Below, in pieces: positions 56,188 to 64,000 of a DNA stretch of 64,000 nucleotides. The notes below the pieces were generated by a model. That model saw nothing but the letters and a program-made list of their open reading frames with translations. It was not told the DNA's origin and searched no databases. Both the position numbers and the translations under genes were made by a program. Positions within the stretch are counted from its first letter, which is position 1. Every line of letters begins with the position of its first letter. The DNA lies in IMG/VR virus record IMGVR_UViG_3300025640_001000; one strand, written 5' to 3'. This stretch comes from a virus (Duplodnaviria; Caudoviricetes).

Positions 56188-58533
56188 ATGAGATATATTG
56201 CGAGATTCGTAGATGGTGATTCTGTGCAAACATTCAAGGATCAGTTTGATGGTGACATCCTTGTAGAGTTTGCATTACTTAAAATGTTAGTGCTTGAGTT
56301 GACTGATGATAATTCAGCTTATTCAAAAGACGATCTTGAAGATTTTCCTGGTGTACTTTACATCAAAGAAGATTTGATAGTTGCATTGGATGATAAAACT
56401 CCTATCAATGAAAAGCAAGTTAACAAACAAAAAGTAGATGCGTATGGTTCTACTTTGCTTGGTACTGTTAATGGTACTACTGAATATATCACTCATTTAG
56501 AGATACTCAATTCGCAAAATTATGAGTATGCAACTGATGCACATGATTATACAACAACTGCGAGTGGTAAAAATGTTGATTGCTTTATCCTCGATACAGG
56601 CATTTTATCTAATAATTATTTTTTATCAAACCGAGTTTTCAAAACAGATTTTTCTACTACGATAAATGTTGAAGGAACTAATCAAGAAGACAACGATGGC
56701 CACGGAACAGTATGTGCAATGTTGATAGCAGGAGATGAATATGGAGTTGCGATTGATACCAATCTATATTCATTGAAAGTATTAAATTCATCTGGCACAG
56801 GAAGTTTTTCAACGATCATCGCAGCCATTGATAATGTTTTGAAATTTCATTCAAATAAAATCAACAACAATCCAAGTATAATAAACATGAGTTTAGGTTA
56901 TGTACCAAGTCCTGAGTCTCCTGTGATTCACAGTGATTTTACAAGTAATGACGATAATCCATTTAAGGATGCGATAAAAGAAGCAATAACAAGTGGAATT
57001 CATGTGGTACTTGCAGCGGGAAATGGATTTAACTCAGATTCAGTTCATTATGGTCCAATGTTATCTGTGTATAGCAATGGAAGTTTAAATTTATCACCGG
57101 AAGAATCTGGTAACAATGATCCTGGTCAAGGAATACCAATTGTGGTGGGAAGTCTTGATAGTGCATCTGCTCATTTAAATAGTAGTCCAAATATTATGTC
57201 TTCGTTTAGCAACTATGGCAAAGGAAACACAATCAATAGTACAGGAGGTCAATTATTGATGCCCAGATGGAATACAACTCAATCAATGGTTGATTCAAAC
57301 GATGGAAATTATTTTGTTGACGAAGAAAGTGGAACTAGTTTTTCTGCTCCGATTGTAACCGGATTATTGTGTATGCACTTAGAAAAAAATCCAAATGCAA
57401 CACCTTTGGAAGCACGTAATTGGTTGTTGCAAACTGCATCTTCAAATCAAATAGATAATTTATTCGAATATACTTCAGTTGAAAGTACATTTGATGTGTC
57501 ATGGAACAAAGAATCAGAAATTCTGATTTACGAAACAAACACACCAGGTGTGAACTTAACGGAAACTGCGTCTGCAAACTCGGTTGTTCAGATTTTAAGA
57601 ACTTCGGTAAATGATATTAGTGATGTAGAAGATAATATTGCCCAACTGAATTTAGTAAACGAAGATTGGTGGAATGTTGTATCGGTATCTGAGCAGAAAC
57701 TTAAATTAACACCATTTACAACAGGTCAAGATATAAGTTATGATGTAGATGATTTTAATCTTAGTTATGAAGGCCAACTAAAAATAGCAAATTTAGTAGG
57801 TACACACGAATCATCGGATGGAGTAAAATTTTGGCAAAGAATGTCTACCGAGAACCGATTGTATGATGAAAATACATCAATATCAGTTTATCTTGGTGCA
57901 TTAGAACAAACTAATAATATACGAGCATTTAATCCGTATCAAATATATAATCCCGTGTGGGGTGCAAACGAAGAATTGGATTTAAATTCTATGTTTTCAG
58001 ATTCTCCTTTGCTGAATGTAAAACTTGAAACTTCACGTGGAGAGCAACCTATGCCTATAACTTTTAAATTAGTTGCAGGTAATTTTCCGACTGGAGTTGC
58101 TTTAAATGAAGATGGAACTTTTTCAAAATCTATTGACTATGAACGATCTGTTTATGAGCATGGTTCGGTTATCATTGAAATAAGTTCCGAATACTCGTCA
58201 CCATTCGCAAAGGTGTATAAGGTGATTGATAACGGAGTACCTACAAAAATGACAACAACTGAAATCACAAAAGATGGATTCGTATGGATGGGAAGTGAGT
58301 GTGGCCAAACAACGAATATTATGTTAAACACTCAAACATCTTTAATAAAAGAAGTTATCAGAGTCAGAGATAACAAATGCGAAGTTTGGAGAAACGATAT
58401 GCCGACCACATTAACCCCATTTGAATCAATAGAAGTAGGTAACATTTACTATATAAAATTGGTTGATGAAAAAACCGGAACTTTGTCTGATGTATTTCGT
58501 GACAACCAAAATATGTTGATTATTAGTTGTTAA
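56188..58533 (+). CDS. Subtilisin-like serine protease (S8) with I9-like prodomain and C-terminal extension
   Basis: Catalytic LDTG, GHGT, SGTSFSAP; oxyanion AAGN; INMSLG. Confidence 0.92.
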   Translation: MRYIARFVDGDSVQTFKDQFDGDILVEFALLKMLVLELTDDNSAYSKDDLEDFPGVLYIKEDLIVALDDKTPINEKQVNKQKVDAYGSTLLGTVNGTTEYITHLEILNSQNYEYATDAHDYTTTASGKNVDCFILDTGILSNNYFLSNRVFKTDFSTTINVEGTNQEDNDGHGTVCAMLIAGDEYGVAIDTNLYSLKVLNSSGTGSFSTIIAAIDNVLKFHSNKINNNPSIINMSLGYVPSPESPVIHSDFTSNDDNPFKDAIKEAITSGIHVVLAAGNGFNSDSVHYGPMLSVYSNGSLNLSPEESGNNDPGQGIPIVVGSLDSASAHLNSSPNIMSSFSNYGKGNTINSTGGQLLMPRWNTTQSMVDSNDGNYFVDEESGTSFSAPIVTGLLCMHLEKNPNATPLEARNWLLQTASSNQIDNLFEYTSVESTFDVSWNKESEILIYETNTPGVNLTETASANSVVQILRTSVNDISDVEDNIAQLNLVNEDWWNVVSVSEQKLKLTPFTTGQDISYDVDDFNLSYEGQLKIANLVGTHESSDGVKFWQRMSTENRLYDENTSISVYLGALEQTNNIRAFNPYQIYNPVWGANEELDLNSMFSDSPLLNVKLETSRGEQPMPITFKLVAGNFPTGVALNEDGTFSKSIDYERSVYEHGSVIIEISSEYSSPFAKVYKVIDNGVPTKMTTTEITKDGFVWMGSECGQTTNIMLNTQTSLIKEVIRVRDNKCEVWRNDMPTTLTPFESIEVGNIYYIKLVDEKTGTLSDVFRDNQNMLIISC

Positions 58534-58550
58534 TCTATATATTTAGATAT

Positions 58551-58967
58551 GTGAAAATAAAAAATAGTAAGTTTACTAGTTCTGTTAAGATAATTTATCT
58601 TACCGAGTCAGATGAAGAGTATGAACGAGTAAGCAAAATGTTTAAAATTCATGGTTATGCATTCATCGCAAACTCGGTAATATTCGTGGATGTTCCTTCT
58701 TTGAAAAAAGACGGATGGTTTAAAAAGCAATATCTTGAATTCATAGAGTCACACGAAATTGCTCATAAAGTATTAAAGCATCGTGATGGAGCAAGAAGTC
58801 GTGTACAAGAAGCAGAAGCAGATTATTTAGGTGTTAAGTTGTGCCAAGATAAAGGATTCAATGCAGCTGCCAACGTTGGTATAAAACATTTTGCAAATAG
58901 AAATTCACTTTCATTCACAGAGTATGATGAAAAGTACGGAGAAAAAATACTAAATTCAATAAAATAA
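58551..58967 (+). CDS. Small HExxH metallopeptidase-like protein
   Basis: HEIAH...EAEAD. Confidence 0.7.
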   Translation: MKIKNSKFTSSVKIIYLTESDEEYERVSKMFKIHGYAFIANSVIFVDVPSLKKDGWFKKQYLEFIESHEIAHKVLKHRDGARSRVQEAEADYLGVKLCQDKGFNAAANVGIKHFANRNSLSFTEYDEKYGEKILNSIK

Positions 58968-58991
58968 TTGTTTGATTCAATAGTTAAATAT

Positions 58992-59282
58992 ATGGATGAT
59001 AACAATAAAAAAAATGATGAATTGAAACCTGACGATTTAGGAACCGTTGCAGGAAATTTTGTAAATGCCATGAAATCATGGCAATCAGCAGGTCGTCCCG
59101 TTGTTTCAAAGACAATTTGGAATGAACGACTTGCAATTTGCCGAGGATGTGAATGGTGGCAAGAAATAGCAAAAACTAAAATAGCACGATGCAAAAAGTG
59201 TGGATGTAGTAGTGCTAAATTGTTGCTTGGTACAAGTAAATGTCCACTGAACCCACCAAAGTGGAACTCACTAAGTTCATAA
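58992..59282 (+). CDS. Cys-rich zinc-binding phage protein
   Basis: RLAICRGC...RCKKCGC...KCPL..KW. Confidence 0.7.
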   Translation: MDDNNKKNDELKPDDLGTVAGNFVNAMKSWQSAGRPVVSKTIWNERLAICRGCEWWQEIAKTKIARCKKCGCSSAKLLLGTSKCPLNPPKWNSLSS

Positions 59283-59287
59283 TAATC

Positions 59288-59316
59288 TTGATATTTTGTG
59301 GCTAATATACTATAAT
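59288..59316 (+). promoter_or_regulatory. Sigma70-type promoter
   Basis: TTGATA-N17-TATAAT, ATG at 59325. Confidence 0.7.
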
Positions 59317-59324
59317 GTTGGTAT

Positions 59325-59846
59325 ATGTTTGAATTAGCTTACAACAAAACAAAAGAATGGGGACCTGGTTCATGCTTCGTCACATTTTACTTGATGTCAA
59401 TAAGTTTAATATTTACTTTATTTTTCTACAGAGTTTATACAGAATCTTTTACTAAGATTTTAGAAAATTTCACAATTCAAGAAAATCTTCCGTTATTTAT
59501 AGATTCATTGTTTTTTGCTCCTCCGTTTGAAACACTATTATATAATGTATTTTTGACATTTGTATTTTCTTGGTTTAAATGTAGACCACGTACAATTATA
59601 TTTGCAGTTGCACTTATATTTTCAGTATCTCATTATGCCAACGGAATTTTTGCTCCGTTGTTGGTTTTTATACCAGGATTGGCATTTTCTTGGAATTACT
59701 TTTTGTATCATATAAACAAACAATACATTTGGGGATTTTTAAGTACCACGATTTTGCACTTTGCTTACAACTTCACTTTGTGTGTTGTAATTCCGATGAT
59801 TTATGTCGTGATTGATATTTATTATGGTATAAACTTGATAAAATGA
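59325..59846 (+). CDS. CPBP (CAAX/Abi) family intramembrane protease-like protein
   Basis: Multi-TM; APPFETLL, FSVSH, LHFAYN. Confidence 0.75.
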   Translation: MFELAYNKTKEWGPGSCFVTFYLMSISLIFTLFFYRVYTESFTKILENFTIQENLPLFIDSLFFAPPFETLLYNVFLTFVFSWFKCRPRTIIFAVALIFSVSHYANGIFAPLLVFIPGLAFSWNYFLYHINKQYIWGFLSTTILHFAYNFTLCVVIPMIYVVIDIYYGINLIK

Positions 59847-60079
59847 ATATCGTAGAACAAGAGTATTTGAATAGTATAAATAAAATAAAAACTTCTGGAG
59901 TAAAAGTTGTTGACAAATCTACATGGAACTATAGACTTAGTAATTGTAAAAAATGCGAACATTATCAAACATTCTCTCAAAATCAAAATATGTTCAGATG
60001 CACAAAATGTGGTTGCGCTGGATTCAAGTTTATGGTAGAGTCTGTTAAATGTCCTTTATTAAAACCAAAATGGAAATGA
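59843..60079 (+). CDS. Cys-rich zinc-binding phage protein (paralog of 58992..59282)
   Basis: RLSNCKKC...RCTKCGC...KCPL..KW. Confidence 0.7.
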   Translation: MNIVEQEYLNSINKIKTSGVKVVDKSTWNYRLSNCKKCEHYQTFSQNQNMFRCTKCGCAGFKFMVESVKCPLLKPKWK

Positions 60080-60089
60080 ATAAAATATT

Positions 60090-62615
60090 ATGATGGGAGA
60101 CCTTACACCAAGAGCACAACAAGCACTTGCTTTAAGCAAGCGAGTAGCAGTAGAAATGGAATCAACCTATGTAGGAACAGAACACCTACTTGTCGGTATT
60201 ATCACACTCGGTCAGGGTGTCGCAGTTAATGCCCTTCTTAGAATGGGAGTGGATTTTGTGTCAGTTCGTGCAGAAGTTGAAAAAGAATCAGCAAAAAACA
60301 AAAAGCAAAACAAAAAAAGTGATATTACTCATACACCTCGTTTGAAAAAAGTAATTGCACTTGCTGGAAAAGAAGCAAAGGAATTGAGTCATAGTTATGT
60401 TGGAACAGAGCATTTATTGCTCGGGTTACTTCGTGACAATGAAGGTATTGCATATAAAATTCTTAAAAACCTCGATATTGATTTAGAAACTTGCAGAAAA
60501 GAAATTCTTGCAGAAATTGATCCCAATTTTGAAGCAGACAACATGGAATCTGCGGTTGCAGGTGGTTCTGAAAAGTCATCTACTTCAAATTCTAAAACTC
60601 CTGCGTTAAAATCGTTTGGACGAGAATTGGTTGAACTTGCCAATGAAGGAAAAATTGATCCGGTTATTGGTAGAAAAGATGAAATCGCAAGAATGATTCA
60701 GATATTGTGCAGACGAACCAAAAATAATCCAATTCTTATTGGAGAAGCAGGTGTAGGAAAAACTGCAATCGTTGAAGGCCTTGCCCAAGAAATTGCGTTG
60801 GGTACCGTACCTGAAATGTTGTTAGACAAAAAAGTTTATATGCTTGATTTGGCAGCTATGGTTGCAGGAACAAAATATCGTGGTCAATTTGAAGAACGTA
60901 TCAAGTCGGTAATGAAAGAAGTTCAAGTTGCCGGAAACATTATTTTGTTTATTGATGAAATGCATACTATCGTAGGAGCAGGTGCAGCCGAAGGTTCTAT
61001 GGATGCATCTAATATCATTAAACCTGCGTTGAGCAGAGGAGAAATGCAATGTATTGGTGCTACCACAATGGAAGAGTATCGCAAGTATATTGAAAAGGAT
61101 AATGCTCTTGAAAGACGATTTCAACAAGTTCAAGTTGCTCCACCATCTGTTGATGATTCAATTTTAATTCTTCGTGGCATTCGTCACAAATATGAAGAAC
61201 ATCACAAAGTTGAATACTCCGATGAAGCACTTGTGTCTACGGTTAAATTAGCAGATAGATACATTACAGGTAGATTTCTTCCTGATAAAGCAATTGACAT
61301 TTTAGATGAAACTGGTTCACGTGTACGCATCGAATCTTTAAAGAAACCAAAAGAACTTGATCATCTTGAAACCAAGATTAAAGAATCTTGTATTGGTAAA
61401 GAAGAAGCAGTTTCAAAACAAGACTTTGAAAATGCGGCTGCTTGGAGAGACAAAGAAAGAAAACAAAAAGACAGACGAGACAAACTTCTTGATCGTTGGA
61501 AAAATACTCGCAAGGATGCTATTATTCCTGTGCAAGAAGACGATATATTGAAAGTTATATCTGCATGGACGGGAGTTCCTCTTAGTCGTATGGAAAAAAC
61601 CGAAGCACAACGATTGCTTGGATTGGAAAAACGATTACAAACAAAAGTTATTGGTCAAGATTATGCCGGAAACATTATTTCCAAGGCATTGCGTAGAAGT
61701 AGGGTTGATTTGAAAGACCCAAAACGACCCATTGGTTCATTTATGTTTCTAGGACCGACAGGTGTAGGTAAAACTTATTTGGCAAAGTGTTTAGCAGAAG
61801 ATATTTTCGGAAATCAAGATACCATTCTTCAGATTGATATGAGTGAGTATATGGAAAAACACTCGGTGTCTCGTTTGATTGGATCTCCTCCTGGATATGT
61901 TGGATATGAAGATGCGGGTCAATTAACCGAGGCAGTTAGACGAAATCCTTATTCGGTGGTGTTGTTTGACGAAATTGAAAAAGCACATCCTGATATTTGT
62001 CAGTTGTTGTTGCAAGTATTAGAAGAAGGACATCTTACCGACAACGTCGGAAGACGAATTGATTTCCGTAATACAATTGTTATTATGACTTCTAATGTAG
62101 GTGCAGAAATATTGCAAAGAAGTGTTTCGTTGGGATTTGGTGCAGGTCAAGATGTTGAAAATGATTACGAAAATACCAAAGCAAAAATCTTGGAAGAAGC
62201 AAAGAAAACATTTCGTCCTGAGTTTTTAAATCGTCTTGATGATCTCGTTATTTTCAGAAAATTGACAAAAGATCACATCACTCATATTGTTGATTTAGAA
62301 ATTGAAAAACTGCGTGAACGAGTTAAAGAAAAAGGATACGCAATCAGAATTTCCAAAGCAGTTAAAGAATTTCTTGTGGAAGAAGGATACGATGACAAAA
62401 TGGGTGCAAGGCCTTTACGTCGTGCAGTTGAACGATATTTAGAAGACACCTTGGCAGAATCAATTTTGCAAGAGGAAATAACAAGTGAAGGAAACAATCT
62501 ACTTGTTGCTAAAATCAAAGATAAAAAAGAAATCTATTTTGAAGCATCCTCAACTCCAACTCCAACTCCAATCAAAAAAGAAAACAAGGACACAAAAACC
62601 AACCAAAAGAAGTAG
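60090..62615 (+). CDS. clpC: ATP-dependent Clp protease ATP-binding subunit ClpC
   Basis: Two Clp-N repeats (TPR, GTEHLL), two AAA+ modules ([16 protein letters not shown]), UVR middle domain, LGF ClpP-docking loop. Confidence 0.95.
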   Translation: MMGDLTPRAQQALALSKRVAVEMESTYVGTEHLLVGIITLGQGVAVNALLRMGVDFVSVRAEVEKESAKNKKQNKKSDITHTPRLKKVIALAGKEAKELSHSYVGTEHLLLGLLRDNEGIAYKILKNLDIDLETCRKEILAEIDPNFEADNMESAVAGGSEKSSTSNSKTPALKSFGRELVELANEGKIDPVIGRKDEIARMIQILCRRTKNNPILIGEAGVGKTAIVEGLAQEIALGTVPEMLLDKKVYMLDLAAMVAGTKYRGQFEERIKSVMKEVQVAGNIILFIDEMHTIVGAGAAEGSMDASNIIKPALSRGEMQCIGATTMEEYRKYIEKDNALERRFQQVQVAPPSVDDSILILRGIRHKYEEHHKVEYSDEALVSTVKLADRYITGRFLPDKAIDILDETGSRVRIESLKKPKELDHLETKIKESCIGKEEAVSKQDFENAAAWRDKERKQKDRRDKLLDRWKNTRKDAIIPVQEDDILKVISAWTGVPLSRMEKTEAQRLLGLEKRLQTKVIGQDYAGNIISKALRRSRVDLKDPKRPIGSFMFLGPTGVGKTYLAKCLAEDIFGNQDTILQIDMSEYMEKHSVSRLIGSPPGYVGYEDAGQLTEAVRRNPYSVVLFDEIEKAHPDICQLLLQVLEEGHLTDNVGRRIDFRNTIVIMTSNVGAEILQRSVSLGFGAGQDVENDYENTKAKILEEAKKTFRPEFLNRLDDLVIFRKLTKDHITHIVDLEIEKLRERVKEKGYAIRISKAVKEFLVEEGYDDKMGARPLRRAVERYLEDTLAESILQEEITSEGNNLLVAKIKDKKEIYFEASSTPTPTPIKKENKDTKTNQKK

Positions 62616-62635
62616 TTCATATATATTTATGCTAT

Positions 62636-63184
62636 ATGAAACTTAAAAGCTTACTGTCAGAAGCAAAGCAGTATAAAATATATTGCGACATGGATGGAGT
62701 TCTCACAGATTTTAGTGGGGATTTTATGAAACTTGCAAAGCAACTTGGTGAGATTGATATTTCAGAACGAGATGATGTACCCAACAACGCAGCTGCTCGT
62801 TACGAAAAAATTCACGGAGCAGAAGCATTTTGGAAAGTAGTTGAAGATGGTGGTTTAAAGTTTTGGTCTGATATGAGTTGGATGCCCGGCGGTAAGAAAT
62901 TGTGGAGTTACATTTCTAAACTTGATACTGAAATATTAAGTGCTCCTAGCAAACGAGTTTTACAAACTTGTATGAAAGGAAAAAAAATGTGGTGTTCTAA
63001 ACTCGGTTCACCGAAAATTCACTTTCGTTCAGCAAGTAAAAAAAGAGAGTTCGCAAACAAAAATTCTATACTAATTGATGACCTCAAATCAAACATTTCT
63101 GCGTGGAACGCATCAGGTGGTGTAGGCATTCATCACAAAACTACCAATTCTACAATAGCACAACTCAAAGAATTGGGTATGTAA
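62636..63184 (+). CDS. HAD 5'(3')-deoxyribonucleotidase-like protein
   Basis: YCDMDGVLTDF, ILSAP, GKKMW, ILIDD, W..SGG.GI. Confidence 0.85.
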   Translation: MKLKSLLSEAKQYKIYCDMDGVLTDFSGDFMKLAKQLGEIDISERDDVPNNAAARYEKIHGAEAFWKVVEDGGLKFWSDMSWMPGGKKLWSYISKLDTEILSAPSKRVLQTCMKGKKMWCSKLGSPKIHFRSASKKREFANKNSILIDDLKSNISAWNASGGVGIHHKTTNSTIAQLKELGM

Positions 63185-63212
63185 TTGATTATTAAGTCTA
63201 TTTATAATAGAC

Positions 63213-64000
63213 ATGGCAGACAATAATTCAGTTAGACCAGGAGATGTATCTGATACAGGTGATGGAATAAATGTAAAAGATTTATTGCATTTAAGTGATG
63301 TTATTGATAATCGTTCAAGTGCAACGGCAAATTCAAATCTTTATGATATCAACGAAGATTCTACCATTTCTCAACAAGATGCAGATGATTTGTATGATAT
63401 ATTAAGAGGAGACAAACCTGCACCTGATGCAATCCAGAGAGTTGAATTCAGATGGGTATATAACGAAGAACAAGATGACCGATTTCTTCAAATCAAAAAT
63501 TGGAATGGTTATCAAAATTTTGTGGCCATGGGTAATGTATCTGAGTATGCGAATGTATATTGGTTTTATGAAAATACTTTTAATGCACTTGATGAAGATG
63601 AATCCAGGTTGGTTTTACGACCATCCGTTGCTGATAACTATCCGTTTGAAAAAAACTTTGATGTAGATGAAGATACACACATAGAGTTTATACTTAAAGA
63701 AGGAGTTTATAGATTATACATAAATGGGTTTCCTGCTATAATGTATTGGGTCGGAGCTGGTGGACAAGTTAAACTAGACGATGCGAATCCACCGGTTTAT
63801 ACAGACGGAGAATCTGAAAGTGGTTATTATCCACTTTCTAAAAAGTCGATGTCTTGTTTTATTTCCACGTGGGAAATTGGTGCAGACTCACTTGAAATTG
63901 AACTTCCGTTGGGTGAACACAGTCACTGGCCAATAAATCAGTTTAGTGTTGATTATGGTGATGGCACACCTGTATTTTATACAGGCGACACCGAAACACC
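63213..64000 (+). CDS. Partial CDS: dockerin-like N-terminus, then PKD/BspA-type segment (runs off the window; not in ORF track)
   Basis: Open frame to window end; GDVSDTGDGINVKD...YDINEDSTISQQD; FISTW...IELPL...FSVDYGDGT; TATTTAT 7 nt upstream. Confidence 0.75.
   Translation, partial: MADNNSVRPGDVSDTGDGINVKDLLHLSDVIDNRSSATANSNLYDINEDSTISQQDADDLYDILRGDKPAPDAIQRVEFRWVYNEEQDDRFLQIKNWNGYQNFVAMGNVSEYANVYWFYENTFNALDEDESRLVLRPSVADNYPFEKNFDVDEDTHIEFILKEGVYRLYINGFPAIMYWVGAGGQVKLDDANPPVYTDGESESGYYPLSKKSMSCFISTWEIGADSLEIELPLGEHSHWPINQFSVDYGDGTPVFYTGDTET

Noticed and set aside
63427-63666. 79-aa ORF in the track
   Set aside because: Lies in another frame inside the longer open frame 63213 to the window end
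1-64000. Stop-codon reassignment as in some huge phages
   Set aside because: Standard code gives full-length known proteins and dense coding; TAA, TAG and TGA all end genes
1-64000. Bacterial chromosome or eukaryotic giant virus origin
   Set aside because: The gp62-like subunit, dNMP kinase, S74 fibre and isolated host-like genes argue against a chromosome; tmRNA, sigma70 promoters and coupled operons argue against an NCLDV

Overview
A 64-kb, AT-rich, densely coded and almost entirely plus-strand segment that reads best as part of a large tailed (distantly T4-like, jumbo) bacteriophage genome. It has a gp62-like clamp-loader subunit, a dNMP kinase, a collagen tail fibre with an S74 chaperone, sigma70-type promoters and a recurrent TATTTAT motif just upstream of start codons. 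The ClpC and a W-rich C-terminal module resemble, from memory, Verrucomicrobia (Opitutales) proteins, which suggests the host. About 20 kb encodes glycan synthesis: a double GT11, GT2, GT25, GT29-like and Maf-like transferases, NeuB/NeuA/HAD, methyltransferases and six sulfotransferases. These genes are interleaved with large LamG/RCC1/FG-GAP proteins carrying Pro/Thr/Ser linkers. The window also has a tmRNA with an unusually long 29-codon tag next to ald, plus guaC, ppa, NUDIX, two NDT-like genes, two DNA methyltransferases, a subtilisin and ClpC. Strongest novel leads: (i) a shared ~85-aa module at the N-terminus of three large proteins and the C-terminus of the protease (candidate virion docking tag); (ii) a sulfotransferase array with constant 3' ends, variable 5' ends and an orphan 3'-end scar (candidate cassette shuffling); (iii) the long-tag tmRNA-ald block bracketed by identical 19-nt palindrome-containing repeats; (iv) a probable nonulosonic-acid (possibly KDN) plus sulfation glycan-coat pathway. 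All family calls are from motif recognition by eye; no searches were run.
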